Shown here one piece after another: positions 50,160 through 60,479 of a stretch of DNA of 64,000 bases. Origin of the DNA: Candidatus Latescibacterota bacterium (lineage in GTDB: Bacteria > Krumholzibacteriota > Krumholzibacteriia > WVZY01 > JAKEHA01); the NCBI GenBank assembly GCA_963707635.1, contig OY970173.1, forward strand, positions 2,816,001 to 2,880,000, in the 5' to 3' direction. The number at the start of each line of letters is the position of its first letter. The stretch's first letter is position 1. A program made the position numbers and the translations under genes. The notes under the pieces are model-generated. The model saw only the letters and a program-made list of their open reading frames with translations, made no database searches and had not been told where the DNA came from.

Positions 50160-50609
50160 TCAGCGGGAGCGCTTCAGCGCGCGGTCGACGTCGCGTTTCG
50201 CCTCGCGCTCGGCGATGGTTGCCCGCTTGTCGTAGAGCTTCTTGCCTTTGGCGAGCCCGAGTTCCACCTTCGCGATCCCGCGCTCCGTGAAATAGAGCTT
50301 CAGCGCCACAAGTGTCATGCCCTTCTCGTTCACCTTGCCGATGAGCTTGCGGATCTCTGCGCGGTTCATGAGGAGCTTCCGGTCCCGATCGGGGTCGAGC
50401 GTGCGGTCGGAGGTATGCGAATAGGGGCTGATGTGGAGGCCCCGCAGGACCACCTCACCCTGAAGAATCAGCGCGAACGAATCCCGCAGGTTCGCCCTCC
50501 CCTCGCGCAGCGATTTCACCTCCGTGCCGCGGAGCGCGATCCCCGCTTCGACGGTTTCCTCGATCGCGAAATCGTGGCGCGCCTTCTTGTTCTGGACGAT
50601 GATTTTCAT
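50160..50609 (-). CDS. smpB: SsrA-binding protein
   Basis: NKKARHD, EAGIALRGTEVKSLR, RKLL, KGKKLYDKR. Confidence 0.97.
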   Translation of the reverse strand: MKIIVQNKKARHDFAIEETVEAGIALRGTEVKSLREGRANLRDSFALILQGEVVLRGLHISPYSHTSDRTLDPDRDRKLLMNRAEIRKLIGKVNEKGMTLVALKLYFTERGIAKVELGLAKGKKLYDKRATIAEREAKRDVDRALKRSR

Positions 50610-50802
50610 TGGGTCCGCAGAAGCCTACGTGCCGGCGGCGACGGATGCAACCATCATCTAAGTAACAAGTTATGATTTACCTAATCTTGTGCGACATACC
50701 AGTATCAGAGCGGGGCGCCAGGACGGGCATATCCATGTAACGTAAAGTAATACATTATGTTAACAGAGCGTTGTTCGCGCTGTACGAGGGACCGGTCTTT
50801 CG

Positions 50803-50831
50803 TTGACTTTTCCCCTGTCATCGACTAGTGT
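50803..50831 (+). promoter_or_regulatory. Sigma70 promoter of tRNA-Leu
   Basis: TTGACT-17 bp-TAGTGT. Confidence 0.55.
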
Positions 50832-50913
50832 GCCCTCCGAGGCGTCGATGAGGGAATGGCTATCCTTGGTCGCCGTCCTCTTACTGCCAAGCCTGCTGGA
50901 GTTTTTTCAACGG

Positions 50914-51000
50914 GCCGAAGTGGTGGAACTGGTAGACGCGCTGCGTTCAGGGCGCAGTGAGGGTAACCTCGTGGGGGTTCGACTCCCCCCTTCGGCACCA
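50914..51000 (+). tRNA. tRNA-Leu (CAG)
   Basis: 87 nt with long variable arm; anticodon arm CTGCG-TT-CAG-GG-CGCAG; CCA. Confidence 0.96.
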
Positions 51001-51020
51001 TGAAATCGCGATAGTAGGTC

Positions 51021-51065
51021 GACCCTTCGGTCCTGCACCAACCGGGACCGAAGGGTCTTTCTTTT
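51021..51065 (+). terminator. Intrinsic terminator after tRNA-Leu
   Basis: GACCCTTCGGTCC...GGACCGAAGGGTC followed by TTTCTTTT. Confidence 0.85.
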
Positions 51066-51086
51066 CCTCCGGCGATCGCACATGAC

Positions 51087-52229
51087 ATGACGCGCGTGTT
51101 GATGGCGGAAGCAACCGACTACCGCAGCACGGCCCGCGTGGGGTCGCACGCGATCGCGCGCGCGTTCCTCGCCGAGGGCGCCGAGGTGTGCTGGATCGGG
51201 ACGCCGCTCTATCCCACCACGCTCGCGCGCTCGCACCCGGATACCCAGACCCGGCGTCGCGTCGAGATCTGGAAGCGCGGCGGCGAAATCACCGACGAGC
51301 GTGTCACCGAGTACTATCCCCTCACCGTGCTGCCGGTGGTGAACCGGCCGTTTTTCCGATCCCGGTTCGCGGCCGTGAACACCCTGCGCGCGACGATTCC
51401 CCCGGTCGGACACGTGATCCGGCGGCACGGATTCGCCGCTCCCGACCTGCTCTGGCTTTCCGCGAGCCGATTCTCGTACCCGATGATGTCACTGGTGAGG
51501 GCGCGCCGGCGCGCATACCGGATGTCCGACGACTGGGCCTCCTTCCCGGACGTTCCGCGCGCGCTGATCGATCTCGAAGCACGCATCATCGATTCCGTCG
51601 ACGCCGTGTTCGTCACTGCCCACGTCCTCGCCGAACGGGTGCGGGCGCGGCGCCCGGACGTCGTGTACCTGCCCAACGGGGTCGACGAGGCTTTCTTCTC
51701 CACTCCCGCGGCAGAGGACGAGATCGTGCGGCGGTTTCCGAGGCCCCGGATCGTCTTTGTCGGGACCCTCGGGAACTGGGTCGACCTCGACGCGGTGGCG
51801 GCGACCGCGCGGCGCCTGCCGCACGCGTCGGTGGTGCTCGTCGGCCCCGGCGAGCGGGCCGGCGGCGATCGCCTCCCCGCGAACGTTCACCGCACCGGCC
51901 CGGTCGAATACGAACGCCTGCCCGCGGTCCTGCACGCCTGCGACGTCGGCATCATCCCGTTCCGGCGCGTGCCCCGCACCGAGGCCGCCAGCTCGAACAA
52001 GCTCTTCCAGTACCTGGCGGCCGGAATCCCGGTGGTCGCCTCGCGCACCCACGAGTTCGAGCGCACCGGCGCTCCCGCGACGCTGTGCGACACCGCCGAC
52101 GCCTTCGCGGAGGCGGTGGCGGATGCGCTCGAGCATCCCGACGCGGGGCGTTCGGAGCGCATCGCGTTCGCGCGAGCGCACACCTGGGAGACGCGCTTCG
52201 AGCTGGTGAAGCGCGCGCTGGGGCTTTGA
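51087..52229 (+). CDS. GT-B glycosyltransferase (GT4-like)
   Basis: LPNGVD, CDVGIIPF, NKLFQYLAAGIPVV. Confidence 0.88.
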   Translation: MTRVLMAEATDYRSTARVGSHAIARAFLAEGAEVCWIGTPLYPTTLARSHPDTQTRRRVEIWKRGGEITDERVTEYYPLTVLPVVNRPFFRSRFAAVNTLRATIPPVGHVIRRHGFAAPDLLWLSASRFSYPMMSLVRARRRAYRMSDDWASFPDVPRALIDLEARIIDSVDAVFVTAHVLAERVRARRPDVVYLPNGVDEAFFSTPAAEDEIVRRFPRPRIVFVGTLGNWVDLDAVAATARRLPHASVVLVGPGERAGGDRLPANVHRTGPVEYERLPAVLHACDVGIIPFRRVPRTEAASSNKLFQYLAAGIPVVASRTHEFERTGAPATLCDTADAFAEAVADALEHPDAGRSERIAFARAHTWETRFELVKRALGL

Positions 52230-52234
52230 AAGCG

Positions 52235-53389
52235 ATGCCGGCGGCCACGCGCGTGCTGATCGGCGACGCCGCCACCTACGGCGATCCCGCCCGCGTCGCC
52301 TCGCACGCGTTCGCGCGCGCGTTCCTCGACGACGGCGCCCGCCTGTGCTGGATCGGATCGCCGCTCGATGCCGCCACCCTGATGCGGCCGCGAGACGAGC
52401 AGACGCGCCATCGTATCCGCGTGTGGCAGCGCGGCGGTGACCACCCCGACGAGCGCGCGACGGAGTACTATCCGCTCACGCTGCTTCCGATCGCCGACCG
52501 TCCCGGGTTCCGCACACACTTTGTGGTCCGCCACACGCTCCGGGCCACGCTGCCGCGCATGGACACCGTGATCCGCCGGCTGGGTTTTGACGAGCCCGAG
52601 GTGCTGTGGCTCTCGACCAGCCGCTTCGCGCATGCGCTCTTTCCCATGCGGGCGCGGGTTCGCGCCTGCCGCGTCTCCGACGACTGGGCGCACCACGGCC
52701 AGGTGCCGCCCGCGCTCGTCGCCGCCCACGATGAGATGGTGGACGCCGCGGACCTCGTGTTCGTAACCTCGCGGGGCTTGAAAACGAAACTGCGAGCGCG
52801 ACGGCCCGATGCGATCTACCTGCCCAACGGGGTCGCCGAGCGCTTCTTTGCGAGCCCCGGCCCCGAGCCGGACCTGCTCTCGCGCTTTCCGCACCCGCGC
52901 GTCGTCGTCGTGGGCAGGCTCGACGCGTGGGTCGATTTCGACACCATCGCGCGCGTGGGCGAACGAATCCCGGGCGCGTCGGTGCTGGTCGTCGGCCCGG
53001 GGCGGCCGGCCGCGCGTTCGTACCCCGCCAATGTCTATTTTACCGGTCCGTTTCCGTACGATGATCTGCCCGCGCTGCTCGGCGCGTGCGATGTCGGCCT
53101 CGTTCCCTTCGTGCCGAGCGAGCTCACGCATGGGGTGAGTCCACTCAAGCTCTTCGAGTACCTGGCGAGCGGACTGCCGGTGGTGGCCACCCGCCTCGAC
53201 GAGATCGAAGCGTCGTCGCCGCCCGCGCTCCTGTGCGACGCGCCCGGCGCCTTCGCGGACGCGGTGGCGTCGGTGCTCGACGGTGACCCGGCGGGCCGGA
53301 CCGCCCGCGTCGCCTTCGCGCGCGAGCACACCTGGGCGAAACGGTTCGGCGTGGTCAAAGAAGCGCTCGCCGCGCGGGGGGTGGCATGA
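52235..53389 (+). CDS. GT-B glycosyltransferase, tandem paralog of the previous gene
   Basis: LPNGV, CDVGLVPF, PLKLFEYLASGLPVV; colinear with 51087-52229. Confidence 0.88.
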   Translation: MPAATRVLIGDAATYGDPARVASHAFARAFLDDGARLCWIGSPLDAATLMRPRDEQTRHRIRVWQRGGDHPDERATEYYPLTLLPIADRPGFRTHFVVRHTLRATLPRMDTVIRRLGFDEPEVLWLSTSRFAHALFPMRARVRACRVSDDWAHHGQVPPALVAAHDEMVDAADLVFVTSRGLKTKLRARRPDAIYLPNGVAERFFASPGPEPDLLSRFPHPRVVVVGRLDAWVDFDTIARVGERIPGASVLVVGPGRPAARSYPANVYFTGPFPYDDLPALLGACDVGLVPFVPSELTHGVSPLKLFEYLASGLPVVATRLDEIEASSPPALLCDAPGAFADAVASVLDGDPAGRTARVAFAREHTWAKRFGVVKEALAARGVA

Positions 53390-54495
53390 CGACGGCGCGC
53401 CGGTTCGAGGTCGCGTTTCCACTGGCGGGGTTCAACCCGTCGGGCGGCGTGCGCATGCTGATCCACGTGGCGAACGCGCTCGCCGCGCGCGGGGTGGCCG
53501 TCGCCGTGTCGGTTCCCCGGCGCGCTGCGTCCCCCCCCATTCCCCTGCACCGCGGCGTCACCCTGCTCGTGCGCCGCTCGGGCGGCGGCATCGGCGCCCG
53601 TCTCGCGTTCCTGACCGGGCTGCCACGCGCCGACGTGCAGGTGGCGAGCGGGTACCAGACGCCGGTACTGATCGGCCTCGGGACGCGCTTGCAACGCGAA
53701 AAGCCGCGCCTCGTCTATCTCATCCAGGGGGATGAACCGACGTCCCACATCCGCTATGGCGCGCGACCCGCGTGGGTCAAGGCGGTCCTGCGCGCGGTGG
53801 CGCGGGCGGGCTACCGCGTGCCGGCCACTCGGATCGCGGTCAGCCGATTCGTGGCGCAGCGCGTGGGGGAACGCCGGATTCACCGCGTGATCGTGCCGGG
53901 CATCGAGCCCGCGTTGCTTCGCCCGCTCGAACGCCGGCCGCCAGCGGACGCCCTCATCCGCGTCGGTGTGCTCTCGCACCCCGCGCCCGTCAAGGCAACG
54001 GACGTCGCGCTGGATGCGTTTGCGCGGCTGCGCGACGACGCCCGCCTGCGCTTCGTGGTGTTCGACGGCGCGCACGCGAGCGCGAGCCCGCCGTTCGTGG
54101 AGCGCTTCTCGGAACTCGTCGCCGTGCCGGAGCTGGCGCGCGACGTCGACGCGTTCTACTCACTCTGCGACATCTTCGTGTATCCATCCCGGGTCGAGGG
54201 GTTCGGCCTGCCGCCGCTCGAGGCCATGGCCCGCGGCGCGGCGGTCGTTGTGAGCGACTGCGGCGGGGTGCGCGAGTACGCGGACCCGGAACGAAACTGC
54301 CTCGTGGTTCCTCCCGGCGACGCGGCGGCGATCGCGGCGGCGATACGACGGCTGGCGGATCCGGAGCTGCGAGCGCGCCTGGCGCGCGCCGGGCGGGAGA
54401 CCGCCGAGCGCTTCCCGGTCGAGACCTTCGCCCGCGCGTGCGCGGACGAGATCCAGCGCGTCCTTGCGGACGCCACGGGCCGAAATCCTGATTGA
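53386..54495 (+). CDS. GT4 glycosyltransferase
   Basis: SGGVR, EGFGLPPLEAMARG. Confidence 0.9.
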   Translation: MTTARRFEVAFPLAGFNPSGGVRMLIHVANALAARGVAVAVSVPRRAASPPIPLHRGVTLLVRRSGGGIGARLAFLTGLPRADVQVASGYQTPVLIGLGTRLQREKPRLVYLIQGDEPTSHIRYGARPAWVKAVLRAVARAGYRVPATRIAVSRFVAQRVGERRIHRVIVPGIEPALLRPLERRPPADALIRVGVLSHPAPVKATDVALDAFARLRDDARLRFVVFDGAHASASPPFVERFSELVAVPELARDVDAFYSLCDIFVYPSRVEGFGLPPLEAMARGAAVVVSDCGGVREYADPERNCLVVPPGDAAAIAAAIRRLADPELRARLARAGRETAERFPVETFARACADEIQRVLADATGRNPD

Positions 54496-54528
54496 ACGCA
54501 ACGCGGGTTCTGGTCGATGATCCGCCCC

Positions 54529-55418
54529 ATGCAACGCCGACCATCACTCTATCGACGCACCCGCGTGTCGCTGTGCGCCCTCGGCGTGCTGGCGTGTGGC
54601 TGCTCGCCGGCGAAGTTCTCGGTCGGCCACGTGATGGTCCCGGTGCTGGACAACGCGCGCGACGCCGCCATGGCCTCGGACGACCTGCGCACGTTTCAGG
54701 ACGGCGCCGCCGCCAACCTCTTTCTGCTCGAAGGCCTGATCGAGACCGACCCCGGCAACGACGCGCTGCGGCTCAACGCCGCGATGCTCTACTTCAGTTA
54801 CGCGTTCTCGACCCAGGAGGCAACCGACCCGGGGTACGCGTCGATTCTCTACCTGAAGGGCGTGTCGCACGGACGCGCGGTACTCAAGAAGAACAAGAAG
54901 TTCGAGAGCGACTTCGGCGTGCCCTTCGAGGCGTTCGAGAAGACGCTGCCGGCGCTGCGCAAGCGGGACGTCCCCGCCGCGGTGTGGACGGCGGCCAACT
55001 GGGCGCAGTTCATCAGCCTGCACCTCGACTCCACCGCCGTGCTTGCGCGACATTCCGAAGGTCACCGCACTCCTGGAGCGTGCCGCGGAGCTCGACGGTT
55101 CCTTCTTCGAAGGACTCCCCTACGTGATGATCGGGAGCCTGCACGCGTTCCGGCCGCCGATGTTCGGGGGCAGCCCGGAGAAGTCGCTCGTCGAACTTCG
55201 AAGCGGCGTTCGCGGTCGGGGGCGATTCGTTCCTTTTGTCGAAGTATTTCTACGCCCGTTACTATCTCTATCGCATCCAGGACGGCGACGAGTTTCGGCG
55301 TGTGCTGCAGGGAATCCTCGACGCGCCGGACGCGTCGGATAATCCGTTCCGCCTGCTCAACCTGATCGCCCGCAAGCGATCCGCAACCCTGCTGGGAGAA
55401 GCCGATGACCTGTTTTAG
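54529..55418 (+). CDS. TRAP transporter TatT-like lipoprotein (two apparent frameshifts)
   Basis: Lipobox-like LACGC; PPMFGG motif; split at about 55045 and 55190; directly upstream of dctP. Confidence 0.72.
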
Positions 55419-56433
55419 AGCAATCGCGGTCACGCTCGCGTTGGCGGCGCTGATCCCGTCGACCGCAGTCGCGCAGAAGCAGCCGAAGGCGCTGGTCGAG
55501 ATCAAGTTCGCCACCCTCGCCCCCGACGGCAGCACCTGGATGAAGACCATGCGCGCGCTCGACCAGGACGTTCGCGCGCGCACCGACAACCGCGTCGGGT
55601 TCAAGTTCTTTCCGGGCGGCGTGCAGGGCGACGAGAAGGACGTCATCCGCAAGATGCGCAACGGCCAGATCCACGGCGCCGGGTTCACCGGCTTCGGGCT
55701 CGGCGCCATCGTCCCGGAGACCCGCGTGCTCGAGCTCCCCTTCATGTTCGAGACGCTCGACGAGCTCGACTACGTGCGCTCGCAGACCACCGACTACTAC
55801 CAGAAGTCGTTCGCGGAGAAGGGCTACGACCTCCTCGGGTGGACCGACGTGGGCTTCGTCTACCTGTTCACCCGGATGCCGGTACGCGCGCCGGCCGACA
55901 TGCCGCAGGCGAAGTGGTGGATCTGGTCCGGGGATCAGCTCGCCGAGATATTCTACCGCGCATTCCGGATCACCCCGATCCCCCTCGCCGCTCCCGACGT
56001 GCTGACGTCGCTCCAGACGGGCGTCGTGGACGCGGTGTACGCCTCGCCGCTGGCGTGCGTGGCGCTCCAGTGGGTGACGCGCGTCAAGTTCATGTCCGAC
56101 GCGCCGGTGACGCACGGAATCAGCGCGGTGGTGGTCACCGACAAGTCGCTGGCCGGCGTGAGCGCCGCCGACCTTGCCGTGCTCAATGAGCTCACCCGGA
56201 AGCACCTGGCCGACCTCACCTCCAAGACGAGGACCCAGAACGTCGAGGCGATGGCGGAAATCAAGAAGGAGGGGGTGCAGCTCGTCACTGTCGACGCGGC
56301 GGCGCGCAAGGAATTCACGGAACGCGGTCGCGCCGCGTGGAGCGACGGGGTGGGAACCCTGTACTCGAAGGAGCTTCTCGACCGCGTGACCACCCTCCTC
56401 GCCGACTACCGGGCGACCCACGGTTCCCACTGA
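55405..56433 (+). CDS. dctP: TRAP substrate-binding protein DctP (TatP-like)
   Basis: IKFATLAPDGSTW, GGVQGDE.DVIRKMR.GQ, SLQTGVVD. Confidence 0.9.
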   Translation: MTCFRAIAVTLALAALIPSTAVAQKQPKALVEIKFATLAPDGSTWMKTMRALDQDVRARTDNRVGFKFFPGGVQGDEKDVIRKMRNGQIHGAGFTGFGLGAIVPETRVLELPFMFETLDELDYVRSQTTDYYQKSFAEKGYDLLGWTDVGFVYLFTRMPVRAPADMPQAKWWIWSGDQLAEIFYRAFRITPIPLAAPDVLTSLQTGVVDAVYASPLACVALQWVTRVKFMSDAPVTHGISAVVVTDKSLAGVSAADLAVLNELTRKHLADLTSKTRTQNVEAMAEIKKEGVQLVTVDAAARKEFTERGRAAWSDGVGTLYSKELLDRVTTLLADYRATHGSH

Positions 56434-57024
56434 TGGTGCGTTCGTCTGTGAACGCCCCCCTTCTTTTCGCCGTCGCGGGATTCGTATTCATCGCCGTGGC
56501 CGCCGCTGCGCGCGCGGCCCTCGAGCGGCAGCGAACAGGCGCGAAAGCTGTTTCAACTCGCCGGCCGGCTGGAAGTCGGAACCGTGGCGCTCTTGCTCGG
56601 GACACTCGTCGTGCTCGGCGCCCTCCAGATTCTGCTCCGCAACGCGTTCCACTCGGGCCTCCTGTGGGCCGACCCCCTGATGCGTCACATCGTGCTGTGG
56701 CTGGGCGCGATGGGCGCCGCACTCGCGTCCGCGCACATGCGTCACATCACGGTCGACGCGCTCTCGCGCCTCCTGCCCGCGTGGTGGAGGCCCGCGCGCC
56801 GCGTGGTCGTATACGGCAGTACCGCCGTCGTCGCGTACCTGCTCGCCGTCGCGGCCGTGCGCCTGGTGGTCGACGAGCGCGGCTTCGGCGACGTGGCGTT
56901 TCTCGGCATCGAGACCTGGGTGATGCAGTTGATCCTGCCGGGGTGTTTCGCGCTGATCGCGTACCGTTCGTTGCTCGCGATCTTCCTCCGGTGGGAACCG
57001 GCCGAAGCCGGCGCGGAGGCCTGA
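56433..57024 (+). CDS. dctQ: TRAP small permease DctQ (apparent frameshift near 56545)
   Basis: QILLRN, WADPL.RH.VLW, RHITVD; ATG overlaps the dctP stop. Confidence 0.8.
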
Positions 57025-57025
57025 C

Positions 57026-58288
57026 GTGCTCGCCCTCTTCGGGCTCCTGCTGGCGGTGCTGGCGTTGTGCGGCCTACCGCTGTTCGCGGTGTTCGGCGCG
57101 CTGGCGCTGGCACTCTTCTACACCGCCCAGATCGACATCTCGTCGGTCGCGGTGTCCATGTACTCGATCGCCGGTTCGCCGCTCCTGGTCGCGATCCCGC
57201 TGTTCACATTCGCCGGCTACCTCTTCGCCCACAGCAAGACGCCGGACCGGCTCGTGCGCCTCTCGCGCGCGTTCTTTCCCGGGGGCCTCGCGGTGGTCGC
57301 GCTGGTCGCGTGCGCGGTATTCACCGCGTTCACCGGCGCGTCGGGGATCACCATCGTCGCCATGGGTGGACTGCTCCTGCCCGCGCTCCTCGCCGACGGC
57401 TACGACCGGCGCTTCAGCCTGGGGCTGGTGACGTCGTCCGGGAGCCTGGGGCTCCTGTTCCCGCCCAGCCTGCCGCTGATCATCTACGGCTACGTGGCCG
57501 AGGTGCAGATCGACAAGCTGTTCGTGGCCGGCATCCTCCCGGGAGTTCTGCTGGTCGCGCTGCTCGCGGGATACGGAATCTACCGCGGCCGTCGTGACGG
57601 GGTTCGCGGGCAGAAACTTTCCGCACGCGAGGCGCGCTCCGCGCTCAGGGCCGCCGCGTGGGAAGTCCCGCTTCCGTTCATCATTCTGGGCGGAATCTAC
57701 GGCGGTGTCATCACGGTCATGGAAGCGGCGGCGATCACCGCTCTCTATGCACTGGTAGTCGAGGTGTTTGTGTACCGGGATATTCCGGTGCGCCGGCTGC
57801 CCGCCATCGTCGCCGAGAGCACCATGCTCGTGGGAGGCATCCTGGCCATCATCATGTGCTCGTTCGGCTTCGTCAATTATCTGATCGACGCCGAAGTGCC
57901 AATGAAGATTCTGGAGTGGATGCAGCAATATATCACCAGCAAGTACACGTTTCTCCTTATTCTCAATGTGTTCCTGCTGATCGTGGGCTGTCTCATGGAC
58001 ATCTTCTCGGCGCTGATCGTCGTGGTGCCGCTCATCGCCCCGGTCGCGCACGGCTTCGGCGTCGACCCAGTGCATCTCGGCATCGTCTTTCTCACCAACC
58101 TCGAGATCGGCTACCTCACCCCGCCCGTGGGTTTGAATTTGTTCATATCGTCGTTTCGGTTCCGGGAGCCCGTGCTCACACTCTACGGGGCGAGCGTTCC
58201 GTTTCTGCTCCTGATGCTGCTGGCGCTCGTCGTCATCACCTACGCGCCGGCGTTGAGTCTCGCGCTGGTGAACCTCATCGCCACCTGA
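57026..58288 (+). CDS. dctM: TRAP large permease DctM
   Basis: AIPLFTFAGY, GSLGLLFPPSLP, GYLTPPVGLNLF. Confidence 0.93.
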   Translation: MLALFGLLLAVLALCGLPLFAVFGALALALFYTAQIDISSVAVSMYSIAGSPLLVAIPLFTFAGYLFAHSKTPDRLVRLSRAFFPGGLAVVALVACAVFTAFTGASGITIVAMGGLLLPALLADGYDRRFSLGLVTSSGSLGLLFPPSLPLIIYGYVAEVQIDKLFVAGILPGVLLVALLAGYGIYRGRRDGVRGQKLSAREARSALRAAAWEVPLPFIILGGIYGGVITVMEAAAITALYALVVEVFVYRDIPVRRLPAIVAESTMLVGGILAIIMCSFGFVNYLIDAEVPMKILEWMQQYITSKYTFLLILNVFLLIVGCLMDIFSALIVVVPLIAPVAHGFGVDPVHLGIVFLTNLEIGYLTPPVGLNLFISSFRFREPVLTLYGASVPFLLLMLLALVVITYAPALSLALVNLIAT

Positions 58289-58380
58289 CCGCGGCCCCGG
58301 GACGCGGACCCGGACGAAAAAAACGGGCGCGAAGCTCGCCGCCTCGCGCCCGTTCCCTGCACTATGACGAGATCAATTCC

Positions 58381-59043
58381 TTACGCCTTCGGTTCAAGCG
58401 CTCCCTTGTAGATCAGCGCCGCCAGCACCGAGCCGGCAATCGGCCCCACCCAGTACACCCACGCGTTGGCGAGTCCGCCGCCCATCAGAGCCGGACCGAG
58501 GTACCGGGCGGGATTGATCGCGCCGCCGGAGATCGGGCCACCCGCGAGAATACCCATGCAAATCGTGAGCCCGATGAACAGGCCGCCGACCTTCGGCGCG
58601 CGCGCGTCGATTGCAGTCCCGTAGACCACGAACATGAGGAAGAAGGTGAGCACGGCCTCCATCACCAGCGCCTGCATGACGGTGACGCCAGCCCCGGGAC
58701 CGGGCGTTCCCATGTTGACCGCGTCGAGCGTCACGGCGGGCACCGCCATCTTGATCAGCCCGGCGGCCACGATCGCGCCCAGGCACTGGGAGACGATATA
58801 GCCCAGTGCACTTGCCGGCTTGATCTTCCCCGCCGCCAGCGCGCCGCAGGTGACCGCGGGGTTGAGGTGGCCCCCGCTGGTCGCCGCGGTGGCGCTGACC
58901 ATCACCGCGATGGCCAGACCGTGCGCGAGCGCAATACCCGTCAACCCCAGCGCGCCGCCGGTCGCCTGGTTGGCGGCGATGGAGCCGACGCCAATGAAAA
59001 TCAGCGTGAACGTGCCGACGAACTCAGCCACATACTTGTTCAT
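58381..59043 (-). CDS. MIP family aquaporin
   Basis: AEFVGTF, SGGHLNPAVT, INPAR. Confidence 0.95.
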   Translation of the reverse strand: MNKYVAEFVGTFTLIFIGVGSIAANQATGGALGLTGIALAHGLAIAVMVSATAATSGGHLNPAVTCGALAAGKIKPASALGYIVSQCLGAIVAAGLIKMAVPAVTLDAVNMGTPGPGAGVTVMQALVMEAVLTFFLMFVVYGTAIDARAPKVGGLFIGLTICMGILAGGPISGGAINPARYLGPALMGGGLANAWVYWVGPIAGSVLAALIYKGALEPKA

Positions 59044-59124
59044 GGCAACCTCCTCGTGAACGTGGAGAATAGACGCGCACGCCCCGATTGCGTCAAGAAA
59101 ATCCGCACGACTGAAAATGGCATG

Positions 59125-60258
59125 CTAGGCCGGGAAGAAAACGCGCTCGACGTCGTCGAGCATGCGCACGAGGGCGAACTTCTCGCGGGCGACCCGCGCA
59201 CCTGCGTCTCCCATCGCGCGCGCCGCCTCCGGATTCGCCAGGACGAAGCGAATCGCGTTGGCGATCGCGCCGGAGTCGCCCACCGGGTGAAGGATTCCGG
59301 TGACGCCGTCTTCGACGATCTCGGGAATGCTGCTCACGTTGGAGGCGATGGTCGGAATTCCGACCGCCATCGCTTCGACCAGCACGTAGCCGAAGCCCTC
59401 CACCCGCGAGGGCAGGATCAACGCGTCGGCGCCCGCCAGGATCTCCGGCACGTCGGCGCGAAATCCGAGCATGAGGATGGACGAATCGAGTCCGCGCTCG
59501 TGGATCGCCTTCTCCAGCGCGGCGCGATCCTCGCCGTCACCGACGAAGAGAATGCGCGCGGCCGGAAACTCCTGGAGCACGTGCGGAGCCGCTTCGATGA
59601 CGACGCGCTGCTGCTTGCGCTCGTCGAGCTCGCCGACCAGGGCGATGATCGGCGCGTCGGCAGGGGCTCCGACCGCCGTGCGCAGCTTGCGCCGCAACTC
59701 GTCGCGGCGGGCAGCCAGCGCCGCATACGCGTCGGCGTCGATACCGTTGTAGACGACGACGGCCCGGTCGGGCGTAAACCAGGGGGCGTCGCGAAGCATG
59801 GAGCGCTTGGTCGCCTCCGAGTTCACGATCACCCGATCGACGTCGAACAGGTAGACCAGGCGGTAGCGGCGCTTGTCCTTCAGGGGAAAGCCGCTCCCCC
59901 GGCGCGGAATCAGGCGCGGGCGCGCCGGCCGGGGAGGCAGCGCGCGCGACGCGCGAATGGCCGCCGCTGCCAGGCGAATCTCACGGTCGCGGTTGGGGCA
60001 GACCACGTGGGGTTGAAAACGGCGCACGACCGTGGCAAGCTGGGCGATGGCGAGCGGGTCGACGTCGCCGCGCATCTCCACCGAGATGAGCGGGATGCGC
60101 CGCACCGGGGCCCTCGCAGCCAGGACACTCCCGGGTCGCGCCACCAGGCGCACGTCGTGACCGCGCTCGCGAAGGCCGGCGGCGGTGTCCAGCATCCAGC
60201 GCTCTCCCCCGCCGTAACGGCGGAGCGAGGAGACGAACAGGATCCGCTTCGGTTCCAT
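59125..60258 (-). CDS. GT4 glycosyltransferase
   Basis: YGGGER, YNGID, EGFGYVLVEAMA. Confidence 0.9.
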   Translation of the reverse strand: MEPKRILFVSSLRRYGGGERWMLDTAAGLRERGHDVRLVARPGSVLAARAPVRRIPLISVEMRGDVDPLAIAQLATVVRRFQPHVVCPNRDREIRLAAAAIRASRALPPRPARPRLIPRRGSGFPLKDKRRYRLVYLFDVDRVIVNSEATKRSMLRDAPWFTPDRAVVVYNGIDADAYAALAARRDELRRKLRTAVGAPADAPIIALVGELDERKQQRVVIEAAPHVLQEFPAARILFVGDGEDRAALEKAIHERGLDSSILMLGFRADVPEILAGADALILPSRVEGFGYVLVEAMAVGIPTIASNVSSIPEIVEDGVTGILHPVGDSGAIANAIRFVLANPEAARAMGDAGARVAREKFALVRMLDDVERVFFPA

Positions 60259-60479
60259 CGACAGGGTGTTTCCAGCGCGCGCGGCACCTTGCGATAGCAG
60301 AACGCAGGGTCGCCTCGCACAAGCCGGTAGTGTAGCCCCGCCCCGGCGCCGCGGCCAGCGATATTGTGCCCCCACCGCCCCCGACGGGGAAGCATGCGCC
60401 GCGTTGCGCCCCGACGCGCGCATGCCGCCGCGCCCGCCCCGGCGCGGCACATCGGTTGCACGAACCGTGGAGATTCACC

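Noticed and set aside
50735..50766. Chromosomal dif site
   Set aside because: XerD-like half only; no XerC arm at 6-bp spacing.
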